IMG/VR virus record: IMGVR_UViG_3300030329_005244
Reading direction: 5' to 3' (one strand)
DNA: 64,000 nt
Origin: a virus
Shown: in pieces, positions 7,545-16,632 of the stretch
Layout: each line of letters starts with the position of its first letter
How positions within the stretch are numbered: the first letter of the stretch is position 1
Notes under the pieces: generated by a model
Databases searched by the model: none
What the model was told of the DNA's origin: nothing
Seen by the model: the letters and a program-made list of their open reading frames with translations, nothing else
Translations under genes and position numbers: made by a program

Positions 7545-9374
7545 TTAGGAAGTGGCGCCAGCCTCACCCATGATTCCGCGAACGATGACTAAGCCATACA
7601 TATCGGGACGAACCATCTTCTTGGCGTAGCGCGTCATGACGCCCTTACGGGGCACGAAGTCTTCCGGTCCAAAGATGGTGGGAGTGGTTTGCAGCGGCAC
7701 ATACGGTGCGTACACATAACCACTTTCGAGGAAGCTGCCTCCGCGACGACCGACGAGAACGACGGTACGGGGGAAGTAAGGATCGACAATAACGTCGAAC
7801 TTCTTCGAGAGGGAACCAACCTTCACAGAGCCAATGCTTCCCTTGTCGTCATCAGCGGTAACGCTTGCGCGGAAACCAGCCGTGAACTCAAGGATGTTAG
7901 CAACCTCGGGTCCGCAGACGACGAAGTTAGCTCCACCGCGAAGAGTCTTACGGTGAATCTGTGCAGAGACATCATTGATTGTCTCAGCAAGAGTCTCGTA
8001 CCACTCAGAGACGGTTCCGGTGAAGTCGGGAGCAGCCGAAGATGCGCCGATTTCCTGGCCAGTCTCGCGGTTGACGAAGAGTCCTGGGGCACGCGACCAG
8101 TAGTAAGTACCAGCGCTTGCACCTTGGATAAGATCAACGAGGATTTCGCGGTCGATTTCAAGAGCAATCTGCTCGGAGAGAATCGAGGTAAGCTCCACCT
8201 CTGCATCCAAGTTGTGATAGGCATTCAAGTCCTGTCCCAACTCAGGGGTCCACTTAGCCTTGAGCTTCTTCGTCATGGCGGTTACAGCAACACTGTCCAC
8301 CTTGATGTCGATCTCAGGGATGCGTGGGTTGTTCTCAAGACCCCAAACGGTGGTACCGAGAACGGAACCAAGTGCGGAACCATTCGTGAAGTTGTCATCG
8401 ATGGGGAACGACACGGTAAGGTTGCCAGAACCAGTAACAGAACCGAGAATACCGTTGTCCCTGCCCTCACCATGCATGGTGACGGAGCCACTAACACCTG
8501 CGAACACCATAGTGAACTTGTAACCAGCCACACTCGGATCTTGCGTAGAAGAACCAGAGGAGACAGTCGTCAGGCGACGGACAAGGTTAACGCTCTGAAG
8601 TCCAGCAGTGTCAGCAATACTATCAACACTAATGCCGATAAGATCTTGAATGTCGAGCTGGCTGAGTCCAGCAGAACCAGTCTGCTCCCAAACAGCACAG
8701 ACTGCACCAGAGAGGTCCACGTCATATCGCGTGAGCTTGTCGAGGGTGGACTGATTGGCAACCGAAAGAGGGTGAGCACCCTGTCCAGGCTGAGCACCAG
8801 CAACACCAGAGGCAATCAACACGAAACCAGCCAGACCAGTACCTGCGGGAGCAAGAGCGGTAGAACCAGTCGGCGACGAGTAACCGTTGTTCAGAGCGTA
8901 AGGACCCGATTCCGAACCACTAAAGATTCCAGAAAGATTCACACCACCAGTAACCTGGGATCCAACAACCTCGCCACCATACAGCGACTGCTCGCCAGGA
9001 CCGTAGCCAAGGCGGGGAAGACCAGCACCATCCGTCGAGGTGGTGAAGTCAAGGAAGAAGATGAGACCGCTGGGCAGGCTCATCGGCTGAACCGAAACGA
9101 GATCGTTTGCAATCAGCCCGGCAAAAACACGGCGAACGATGGGGAATGCGACGGCTGCGAAACCTTCGACATCACCACCAGACATGGTGCTTGCCTCACG
9201 GAGAAGTTCCTTTGCCTGATTCTCAAGCAGACGTGCCATCGAGCCCTTCTTGCGCTCGTCGCCAAGTCCTTCGAGAAGACCAGTTCGCTCCCACTTCTTC
9301 AACAGGGCAGAGCCCTCGGAGCGCATATCACGGTTAACGATACCTTCCGTCAACCTTTCTACAATACTAGACAT
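7545..9374 (-). CDS. gp23: Major capsid protein (T4 gp23-like)
   Basis: VSVQPMSLPSGLIFFLDF, KLKAKWTPELGQDLNAYHNLDAEVELTSILSEQIALEIDREI and GYVYAPYVPL…RKGVMTRYAK motifs; strong AGGAGG RBS. Confidence 0.97.
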   Translation of the reverse strand: MSSIVERLTEGIVNRDMRSEGSALLKKWERTGLLEGLGDERKKGSMARLLENQAKELLREASTMSGGDVEGFAAVAFPIVRRVFAGLIANDLVSVQPMSLPSGLIFFLDFTTSTDGAGLPRLGYGPGEQSLYGGEVVGSQVTGGVNLSGIFSGSESGPYALNNGYSSPTGSTALAPAGTGLAGFVLIASGVAGAQPGQGAHPLSVANQSTLDKLTRYDVDLSGAVCAVWEQTGSAGLSQLDIQDLIGISVDSIADTAGLQSVNLVRRLTTVSSGSSTQDPSVAGYKFTMVFAGVSGSVTMHGEGRDNGILGSVTGSGNLTVSFPIDDNFTNGSALGSVLGTTVWGLENNPRIPEIDIKVDSVAVTAMTKKLKAKWTPELGQDLNAYHNLDAEVELTSILSEQIALEIDREILVDLIQGASAGTYYWSRAPGLFVNRETGQEIGASSAAPDFTGTVSEWYETLAETINDVSAQIHRKTLRGGANFVVCGPEVANILEFTAGFRASVTADDDKGSIGSVKVGSLSKKFDVIVDPYFPRTVVLVGRRGGSFLESGYVYAPYVPLQTTPTIFGPEDFVPRKGVMTRYAKKMVRPDMYGLVIVRGIMGEAGATS

Positions 9375-9397
9375 TTTAAAATACCTCCTAAAAAATG

Positions 9398-10627
9398 TTA
9401 TTTAATTCCTGCTAGTTTTTGCATTCTGTCCATTACTGAATCAGAACGCTTTGGCTCGGTTTGACGAGCCGCACGTATGAGACTAGACGGACTGGCAATA
9501 GCTTCATTGAGCGAACGTGGAGTACTTTTTGTGCTCGCACTTGTCGTGCTTTGAAGGGCGCCATAGATTGCCTTCGCCTCTAACGCAGAACCAGCTTTGG
9601 AAATCGCTTCGACAAGTTTTGTTTTTTGTCGCTCATTTAGGGAGGTATTTCGCAAAACGCGGTTCGTATAAAGTAAGTGAGCATTGGAAAGGTTGACTTC
9701 TTGTAAAGTCTCTCTTAACTGTGCTACAGCTTGTTCATATTTTTCTTTCTGACCCTTGAGTTGTTTATTTTCGAAAACCAACTCTTCTTGGGCCTTTTTC
9801 AAATCTTCTAATTCTTTTGCAATGTCGGTGCTGCGGCGCTTGGCAAATGCTCTCATCATTTCCCATCGCTGGCTCTCGCTGGAACGTCCAGCCCAACCAG
9901 ATAAAGTCGCGTCAGTATCGACTGTTAATTTTTCTACTAAGTCTGCAATCATCTCTTCGGAGATGTCAATGAGTTCTTCTTCATTTGTGGGACTCCGTGC
10001 GGACTCGTCTTCGACGGGGCCAATACCACCATCATCAGTCTTGTCGCTGGCACTGGTAGCGGAACTTTGTTGTGATGCGGCGGCAAGACTAGCCGTGGGG
10101 CTTGCATACGCAACGTCATCGGCTTCAGGCTCGCCCTCTGCCAAAGGAGCTTCTAGAGGCTTCTCATCATCTTCCTCAGCAAGCATGCGCAGAAGCTGCT
10201 CATCCGTAACAATGATCTCTTCGTCGCCCAAGGCGCCATCGTCATCAGCCTCAGTAAGTTGTTCAATAGCTTCGCGAAGAGCATCCAAATTAATCGTTAC
10301 TGGAACGTCTTCGCCTTCTTCTTGCAGGTTGCTCAAGTTCTCACCCTTTTCTTCCGCCAATCCATCGGTGGCAGCTAAGGGAACATTGGGAGCAATATCT
10401 TCGGCTGGGGCGGCTGGGGATGCCTCATCAGGGGCAACATCGGCACCGCCGCCGAGATCACCAAGACCACCAAGATCTCCTAAATCCTCTTCCTGTTCTA
10501 GAAGCCTTTCCAGCGTGCTCCTCACTTCTTCAGAGTACTTATTAATAATAGTACTCTCGGCGTTCTTGAGGGCTGCCTCTCGAAGTGCCTTTGCGTCCAC
10601 CATAGCTTCTTTCAACAAGTTTGACAT
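9398..10627 (-). CDS. Prohead core scaffold protein (gp22-like)
   Basis: Very acidic coiled-coil protein directly upstream of the MCP. Contains LQEVNLSNAHLLYTN, ends RMQKLAGIK, and has many [LI]-x-E sites. Confidence 0.8.
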   Translation of the reverse strand: MSNLLKEAMVDAKALREAALKNAESTIINKYSEEVRSTLERLLEQEEDLGDLGGLGDLGGGADVAPDEASPAAPAEDIAPNVPLAATDGLAEEKGENLSNLQEEGEDVPVTINLDALREAIEQLTEADDDGALGDEEIIVTDEQLLRMLAEEDDEKPLEAPLAEGEPEADDVAYASPTASLAAASQQSSATSASDKTDDGGIGPVEDESARSPTNEEELIDISEEMIADLVEKLTVDTDATLSGWAGRSSESQRWEMMRAFAKRRSTDIAKELEDLKKAQEELVFENKQLKGQKEKYEQAVAQLRETLQEVNLSNAHLLYTNRVLRNTSLNERQKTKLVEAISKAGSALEAKAIYGALQSTTSASTKSTPRSLNEAIASPSSLIRAARQTEPKRSDSVMDRMQKLAGIK

Positions 10628-10658
10628 ACAGATGTCTCCTAAACATTAATATTCACAA

Positions 10659-10666
10659 TAAATAGT
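10659..10666 (-). promoter_or_regulatory. Putative late promoter motif for the scaffold-MCP operon
   Basis: TAAATAGT on +, 32 nt upstream of the scaffold ATG. Confidence 0.65.
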
Positions 10667-10689
10667 GCGATTAAAGTGAAAAGGAAACT

Positions 10690-11835
10690 TTAAGAACCAC
10701 GAGTGCCGATATTCCACCACGTCTGTCCATCGGACTGGAGGGCTCGGCTGCTATTGTTCATTTTTAACACCATTTCGTCAAAAGAATCGAGCTTACCACC
10801 CTTGGCAACAAGAGTAAGCTTGTTGCTATTCAAACGATAAGTGTTGGCATTTATCTTTTTAATATTGATCACGCGCCCCTTATGATTAGCAGCCGCCGGC
10901 AGAGTAATCCTCATATTGTTATCACTGGTATCGGCAAGAATCGTATAGTCGTTTTCTTGTACTGCATACTCTTCATCCTTCACGGTGATAATGTTGGCAA
11001 CCATCGCCCCATTGAGTTGCGTGGTTCCTTCAATACGAGCACTCCCGAGTACAAAAAGGGTATTAGTATTTACTTGCCCATTAACCGCCAATATATTGTT
11101 AGCAGGCTCAAAGCGAAAATTAGGAGAAGCAGCGAAGCCGGTGTTCCCTCTAAACTGAACATTGTATTTTCCTCCCTCGGCATGAGGTACTTTAGTGTTG
11201 ATGTAAGCATTATAGAGATTGGCGAGAGTAGTGCTGCGCACATCGCCACGCGATGAATCCTGTACCAATAACAAATCAGCATCATGAAGGTTCTGCCCTT
11301 TTTCTTTCACCCCTGGCGTGCGGCGCACATCAATAACCACCTTGTCTCCATCAAAGCTCAATCCCCCTTTGTGAGACAATTTGACTCCTACTCCGTCCTC
11401 TGTTGCTTCAATTCCCAAGGCTGGCTTGACTTGCAATGCTTCATCAATATTTCTCAAACCATGACTGTGGGCAATTTGATGTGCCGGGACTGGGTTAATA
11501 AATTTATTAGAGGGGAGCTTGTACAACCCTGCGCCTGAGCCAGTGAGTTGTTGGGCATTGATATTCGGAACATGAAGTGATTGGCCATCAAAGCGCAGAG
11601 TTTCATCCACAGCCGCTACAGTCCCCCCTGTAAAAGTTAGGACTCCTCCGTACCTATCTCCTTTGATTTGCGTCAAGGCGACATCATCTAAAGTAGCCAC
11701 TTCGCTTTGCTTTTTGACATCATAGAACCCATGAGCGCTCACCGGATTAATAAAAGTCTTCTTCCCTCCCACCTCTTGATCATTGTCTTTTCCAACAATC
11801 GACCCAACCTTACCCTTAACAACATTATAAGCCAT
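10690..11835 (-). CDS. Fibre-like structural protein (shared C-terminal TLPAA…IDG domain)
   Basis: True start is probably MAYNVV at 11835 (GAGGAG RBS). The ORF-track extension to 11952 crosses a terminator. C-terminal domain is shared with three neighbours. Confidence 0.7.
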   Translation of the reverse strand: MAYNVVKGKVGSIVGKDNDQEVGGKKTFINPVSAHGFYDVKKQSEVATLDDVALTQIKGDRYGGVLTFTGGTVAAVDETLRFDGQSLHVPNINAQQLTGSGAGLYKLPSNKFINPVPAHQIAHSHGLRNIDEALQVKPALGIEATEDGVGVKLSHKGGLSFDGDKVVIDVRRTPGVKEKGQNLHDADLLLVQDSSRGDVRSTTLANLYNAYINTKVPHAEGGKYNVQFRGNTGFAASPNFRFEPANNILAVNGQVNTNTLFVLGSARIEGTTQLNGAMVANIITVKDEEYAVQENDYTILADTSDNNMRITLPAAANHKGRVINIKKINANTYRLNSNKLTLVAKGGKLDSFDEMVLKMNNSSRALQSDGQTWWNIGTRGS

Positions 11836-11852
11836 GGAATTCTCCTCGCTCT

Positions 11853-11862
11853 TATAAATAGT
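11853..11862 (-). promoter_or_regulatory. Putative late promoter motif ACTATTTATA
   Basis: TATAAATAGT on +, immediately after a terminator. Confidence 0.65.
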
Positions 11863-11864
11863 GC

Positions 11865-11894
11865 AAAAAAAAAGACGCCCCACGAGGGGGCGTC
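11865..11894 (-). terminator. Rho-independent terminator
   Basis: GACGCCCC…GGGGCGTC stem followed by a 9-T run on the minus strand. Confidence 0.85.
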
Positions 11895-11915
11895 CAAAAG
11901 ATAAACTTTTTTGAT

Positions 11916-14297
11916 TTAGAACAACTTCCAAAGGTCGGCTGCGACGTAACACAAGCCAACAGCGGCGAAAGGCGACTGAAGGACAGCCGTCGTAGCTCCG
12001 TCAATGGTTTGCGAACCGGCGCGAGTAATGGTGATAGTATTAGTATCTCCACAGTTACTCGGTGCCTTAACGTACACAATCTGCCCAATAGTGGGCGAGG
12101 CAGGTAACGTCCAAGCGCGAGCAGCCGTCAGCGTAGCGCTTCCGTAGTTGAAGCCCGCAGCCAAAGTCTCAGCTTCATCACCGATGGCGGTGATGGTCTG
12201 AAGAACCGAACCGGCAATACTATTAACGGTAAGATCCTTAACTTGAAGATCCGCATAAGAAGCAACTGTCACCGCACTATCCGTGGGAAGACTAGTGGTG
12301 CGTGCAAAAGCAAACTCCGTTTCATTTTCATCCCAGAACATCACAGCGGCATTTTCACCACTAAGCCCCATCATCAAGCCACGATCTCCAGCAGAACCAG
12401 TAGCGTGCTCAGAATAGCCAAGGCCAATGATTGGATCGTTGACAAGAAGGTGCGAGGTGCTGTGAACAACCTTCGAACCACTCACGATGAGGTTACCAGT
12501 GACACGAACGTCGCCAGAAACGTCAAGCTGAGTAGTACCTTCGGAACCGCCAGAGAGGGTGATCTTGTCACCACCAGCCAGCGTCAGAGTCGAGCCATCA
12601 TAAGTGAAGTTCGAATCATCAGTAAGCTGTCCATTGGTGGTTGCGTAAAGGACACGACCAGAAGTAAGACCATCAGCAGTCAAAGTAGCTGCACGGAAAT
12701 CGTGAGCCCCGATGTCGAGGTCGGTGATAGCAGTCAATGCCGAAACACCTCCAATCGCACCAGCAGCAGTAATACCAGAACTCTGGAGAGCGAGCCCGCC
12801 AGCACCAGTGATAGCACCAGTTGCCGAAAGAGCACCCGAACCAGAGATGGCACCCGCCACCGTCACAACGTTAGTCTTCAAAGTCAGAAGATCCGTATCA
12901 CCAGCGATACCAATGTTCTGTCCCGCATCGAGAAGAAGGTTCTTACCAGCAAGCTGTCCAGAACCAGACACAGAGCTTGCGTTCATTGCACCAGCAACCG
13001 TAACGGTGTTGGTAGTCAAAGTCATCAAGTCAGGATCGCCAGCAGTCCCGATTTCACCACCGGTGTCAACAACAATGCCGCTACCTTTGAGCTGCATCGA
13101 ACCAGAAATCTCTCCTGCAACCTTAACGGCATTAGTCGAGAGCTTCATAAGGTCGGTGTCGCCGGCAATACCCACGAAGCGGTTATTATCGAGAACAAGA
13201 TCCTTACCAGAGAGGTTACCAGAGCCAGAAACAGTAGTAACGTTCTGCACAGCTTTGGTTTTGCTGAGGACCGTAGCGTTACCAATCGTAAGCGCAAGTC
13301 CCTTGAGTGCCATCGAGCCAGAAACCACACCACCCGTGGTGGAGATGTTCCCGCTTGCAGCAACTGCACCAGCCACCGTAACAGTGTTGGTAGTCAGAGT
13401 CATAAGATCGGTGTCTCCAGCGATACCAATGCTCTGTCCTGCGTCAAGGAGAAGTTCCTTACCAGCAAGCTGTCCAGAACCCGAAACAGAACTTGCATTC
13501 ATTGCACCGGCGACGGTGACAGTGTTGGCACTGAGCGTCATCAAGTCCAGGTCACTGGCAATACCAATTTCCTGTCCGTCATCAATGACAAGGTTTTTAC
13601 CAGAAAGACCAGCAGAACCCGACACCGAGCCACCCGTGCTACTAACATTACCGGTTGCGGAAACTACTCCGTTCACCGTAACAGTATTAGCAGTGAGCTT
13701 CATGAGGTCAGTATCGGCAGCAATACCAATGTTCTGTCCATTATCAAGCTGCAAGCTCTTACCAGCGAGCATCAAAGAACCAGAAATATCACCAGCAACG
13801 CGCAACTCGTTGTTGCGAAGCGTCAGCAAGTCATTGTCACCAGCAGTTCCAATCGTCTGATTGGTGTCGATGACGAGGTTTTTAGCCGAGAAAGTGCTAG
13901 AACCAGAAACAGTAGCAACGTTCTTGACATTCTTAGTCTTATCGATGACGGTAGAGTCACCAATCGTAAGAGCAAGACCCTTAAGAGCCAACGAACCAGA
14001 AATCATACCAGCGGTAGTGGTGATGTTGCCCGACGCAGCGACAGTAGTGAGTCCCGAAGCAGCACCGCCCGTGATCGTAGCCGTGCCGTCCGTAAGACTT
14101 CCACCAGTAATCGTGCTAGAAGCATTAACCGTAGTAGCGCCCGCAATGGCGCCCGCGTTTGTAATCCCGCCAGACTGCAAGTTTACCGAAGTGAACGTAC
14201 CGGCCAGAGCACCAACAGTGCTAGAACCGCTAACCGTTCCTTCCTGAATGAGGTTTCCGCCCAGACGGGCATCACCTACTTGAAATTTATAAGCCAT
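11916..14297 (-). CDS. Repetitive fibre protein (793 aa)
   Basis: Gly/Ser/Thr-rich with 7 internal repeats, a GNLIVSG…LLVNDPII motif and the shared C-terminal TLPASP…IDG domain. Confidence 0.8.
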   Translation of the reverse strand: MAYKFQVGDARLGGNLIQEGTVSGSSTVGALAGTFTSVNLQSGGITNAGAIAGATTVNASSTITGGSLTDGTATITGGAASGLTTVAASGNITTTAGMISGSLALKGLALTIGDSTVIDKTKNVKNVATVSGSSTFSAKNLVIDTNQTIGTAGDNDLLTLRNNELRVAGDISGSLMLAGKSLQLDNGQNIGIAADTDLMKLTANTVTVNGVVSATGNVSSTGGSVSGSAGLSGKNLVIDDGQEIGIASDLDLMTLSANTVTVAGAMNASSVSGSGQLAGKELLLDAGQSIGIAGDTDLMTLTTNTVTVAGAVAASGNISTTGGVVSGSMALKGLALTIGNATVLSKTKAVQNVTTVSGSGNLSGKDLVLDNNRFVGIAGDTDLMKLSTNAVKVAGEISGSMQLKGSGIVVDTGGEIGTAGDPDLMTLTTNTVTVAGAMNASSVSGSGQLAGKNLLLDAGQNIGIAGDTDLLTLKTNVVTVAGAISGSGALSATGAITGAGGLALQSSGITAAGAIGGVSALTAITDLDIGAHDFRAATLTADGLTSGRVLYATTNGQLTDDSNFTYDGSTLTLAGGDKITLSGGSEGTTQLDVSGDVRVTGNLIVSGSKVVHSTSHLLVNDPIIGLGYSEHATGSAGDRGLMMGLSGENAAVMFWDENETEFAFARTTSLPTDSAVTVASYADLQVKDLTVNSIAGSVLQTITAIGDEAETLAAGFNYGSATLTAARAWTLPASPTIGQIVYVKAPSNCGDTNTITITRAGSQTIDGATTAVLQSPFAAVGLCYVAADLWKLF
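12845..13910 (-). repeat. Seven ~35-45-aa in-frame repeats (SGS..L.GK.L.LD.GQ.IGIAGDTDLMTL..NTVTVAG)
   Basis: Units contain TAGDNDLL, IAADTDLM, IASDLDLM, IAGDTDLM, IAGDTDLM, TAGDPDLM and IAGDTDLL. Boundaries are approximate. Confidence 0.85.
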
Positions 14298-14365
14298 TTA
14301 TATTATCCCTCCTAATGAGATGTATAAAAACCAGGGCGCCTGGCAAAAGGCACCCTTGTTTCACG

Positions 14366-14375
14366 TATAAATAGA
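14366..14375 (-). promoter_or_regulatory. Putative late promoter motif TCTATTTATA
   Basis: TATAAATAGA on + in the intergenic gap. Confidence 0.55.
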
Positions 14376-14396
14376 AAATCTCTTAGGAAGGAGACA

Positions 14397-15416
14397 TCAT
14401 AAAATATAGAATTTATCGCTTCCGTTGCAATAAACCTGGATAGATGCATAGGGTGACACTAAAGTAACCGAACTTGCACCGTCAATGGTATCGGACCCCT
14501 GACAAGCAATAGTAACATTAGCTGAATCGGCAGCGCCCCCCTCATCTTTGATGATAAACGTTTGTCCGTTACTACATGCCGTCGCAGTGGGAAGGGTGAG
14601 CGTAATCGGATCACTGGATGCCTCTGATACAGCCGCGACAATAAAATCAACTAACTTAATGGTATAATCTACCGCTGTGGCTTTGCGAACATAAGAAATG
14701 CCCCCATAAAATTGCATTTGATAGGCACGCAATTGAAAGACGCGCCCCTGATCCATAAAAATTCCATTATTATGGAAGTTCATAAACCCAACATCAAAAC
14801 CCTTCGTTGTGCTTCCTGAGCCGAATTTTAAATTGTTTCCCTCGACACTTAGAGTGTCAGTGCCGAAATAAATGGTGCTGCTGGATATATAAAGATTGCG
14901 CCATGGGTTGGCGGAAGAACCCAAATCATAAATATTAGGCTCCACAGGGATGATGGACCCTTCCATCGACGCCGTACCGCTCAAATGTAAATTTCCAGTA
15001 AGAGTCAGCACACTACTAGAAAAGATTAAATCACCAGAACCACTCAAGCCTCCCGACCCGGTGGTAAACTGAACAGAAAAGTCAGGTCCTTGGGCATTGG
15101 CGTTTCCACCACCGCCTGCGGTAATCCCTGTGAGCTGGCTTCCATCGCCAAAGAAATAAGATGCGCTGATTCCTTGGCTGGCTGTCACATGCCCTGTTAC
15201 ATCGAGCGTGCTGCCATCAAATAATAAATTACTTTCACAGGTAAAGGTATTCGCATCTCCCGCCACATTCGTAATGAGGGAGTTGTTTACCGCATTGGAT
15301 ACACGAGGAACATTAAAAAGGTTCTCGCCCGATCCCGAAAAAGAACCTGTAACGACAATATCGCCTAAGAGTGTGGCGGGCCCAACAAGAGAACCAGTGA
15401 TTACATTGAATGCCAT
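14397..15416 (-). CDS. Fibre-like structural protein
   Basis: Contains IIP…YDLGSSANPWRNLYISSSTI, a fibre-associated motif, and the shared C-terminal LTLPTA…IIKDEGG…DTIDG domain. Confidence 0.75.
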   Translation of the reverse strand: MAFNVITGSLVGPATLLGDIVVTGSFSGSGENLFNVPRVSNAVNNSLITNVAGDANTFTCESNLLFDGSTLDVTGHVTASQGISASYFFGDGSQLTGITAGGGGNANAQGPDFSVQFTTGSGGLSGSGDLIFSSSVLTLTGNLHLSGTASMEGSIIPVEPNIYDLGSSANPWRNLYISSSTIYFGTDTLSVEGNNLKFGSGSTTKGFDVGFMNFHNNGIFMDQGRVFQLRAYQMQFYGGISYVRKATAVDYTIKLVDFIVAAVSEASSDPITLTLPTATACSNGQTFIIKDEGGAADSANVTIACQGSDTIDGASSVTLVSPYASIQVYCNGSDKFYIL

Positions 15417-15429
15417 AAATGGTCCTCCG

Positions 15430-16110
15430 TTAGAAGACGAACCACTTGTCTACACCATCCGAATAAAGACTGATTGCTGGCATTGTTCCATCGAGTTCGT
15501 AATAAGTTGCTCCATCAATAGTGTCACCAGAGGACGCTGAAATATGTATCAGGTTTGTCCCACCGGTACGGGTAGACACTTCATCTTTGATAATCATTAA
15601 AGCACCTGCCCCCGCAACTGCGGCTTCGTGAATGCGAACATTGGATGCTCCATTCTCGGAAATACCAATCACATAATTTTTGTTAGAACAAGTAAACGGA
15701 GTAGCAGCAACACGCTGATAATGTCCCGCAAACCCCCTTACATGCACCTTCTCGGTTGCCGTCGAAGCACTTAAAATATAATCATAGTTAGAAGAGGTAA
15801 CAATTAAACTACCTGTCCGTAGGTGCGTGTCATCATTGCTGTCACCAAAATAAGTTGAACCCGTCGCATCGATAATGGCGATGTCTTCAACATGATAAAT
15901 GCTAGCGCTTATTGTCCCACTGACGATCATGTTACCTGAAAGCACCAAGCTATTGGGGAAATACCCAAAGCCCGATGCAGAATAATACATCAGGTAATCC
16001 GAACCCGTTAGTTCGCCCGCAGCATGATGGATCTGAACGGAACCAGTTGGACCTTTAGCCGCATCAGTTACGTCAGAGCAATCTACATATGCCCAGCCAA
16101 ACTTAGCCAT
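15430..16110 (-). CDS. Fibre-like structural protein
   Basis: Contains GSTYFGDSNDDTH and the shared C-terminal IIKDE…DTIDG…ISLYSDG..KWFVF domain. Confidence 0.7.
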   Translation of the reverse strand: MAKFGWAYVDCSDVTDAAKGPTGSVQIHHAAGELTGSDYLMYYSASGFGYFPNSLVLSGNMIVSGTISASIYHVEDIAIIDATGSTYFGDSNDDTHLRTGSLIVTSSNYDYILSASTATEKVHVRGFAGHYQRVAATPFTCSNKNYVIGISENGASNVRIHEAAVAGAGALMIIKDEVSTRTGGTNLIHISASSGDTIDGATYYELDGTMPAISLYSDGVDKWFVF

Positions 16111-16112
16111 TA

Positions 16113-16592
16113 TTAACCGACTCCTAGCGAGCCTGTCCAGTTCGGTCCAGCCGCCTCAACAGTACCGTCAACTGCCCTATCATCCGGAATGGAAACACGA
16201 GAAGCAGGAAGGCTCGTAAGCCCCGCCACTACGTCAAAAGTGTAAGTACTGGCATCGTTAGACATAAACCACAACTCGCTCACTTTCAAATCGAGGGGGC
16301 TGCAAAAACTGGAGCTAATATTCACATTAAAATTATAGCCTCCAGCGGGTGTACTGGCTCCCTTCCCGTGCAGCCCATTCTCACTAAAAGCCACGCGAAC
16401 GGAACGATTGTGCGCCATGTCGTGTTGAGGTTGAATCATCACCCACTTGGTGACATAGGGAAACCTCACCACTAAAGAATTGCTCCCGCTTGCATAAGCC
16501 ACACACGAACCGGTGGCGTAAGGGCGTCCGCTCACTTGGAAAGAGCCAACGTTGTTTAAACCTGGAGTGATATTCCAAGGATTATGCGCCAT
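16113..16592 (-). CDS. Hypothetical virion protein
   Basis: AGGAG RBS and late motif upstream; PGLNNVGSFQVSG N-terminus; first gene of the fibre cluster. Confidence 0.65.
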   Translation of the reverse strand: MAHNPWNITPGLNNVGSFQVSGRPYATGSCVAYASGSNSLVVRFPYVTKWVMIQPQHDMAHNRSVRVAFSENGLHGKGASTPAGGYNFNVNISSSFCSPLDLKVSELWFMSNDASTYTFDVVAGLTSLPASRVSIPDDRAVDGTVEAAGPNWTGSLGVG

Positions 16593-16620
16593 AATAAATC
16601 TCCTAAATTGTCATTTGCAC

Positions 16621-16630
16621 TATAAATAGT
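16621..16630 (-). promoter_or_regulatory. Putative late promoter motif ACTATTTATA
   Basis: TATAAATAGT on +, directly after the bS21 stop. Confidence 0.65.
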
Positions 16631-16632
16631 CG

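Noticed and set aside
7689-9464. 591-aa plus-strand ORF antisense to the MCP
   Set aside because: It mirrors the MCP codons. Strong codon bias in highly expressed genes removes antisense stops, and it has no convincing RBS or recognisable motifs.
9756-10649. 297-aa Ser-rich plus-strand ORF
   Set aside because: Antisense shadow of the Glu/Asp-rich scaffold gene.
12243-14315. Long plus-strand ORFs (690, 382 and 128 aa) antisense to the fibre gene
   Set aside because: These are shadow ORFs caused by repetitive Gly/Ser/Thr/Ala codons.
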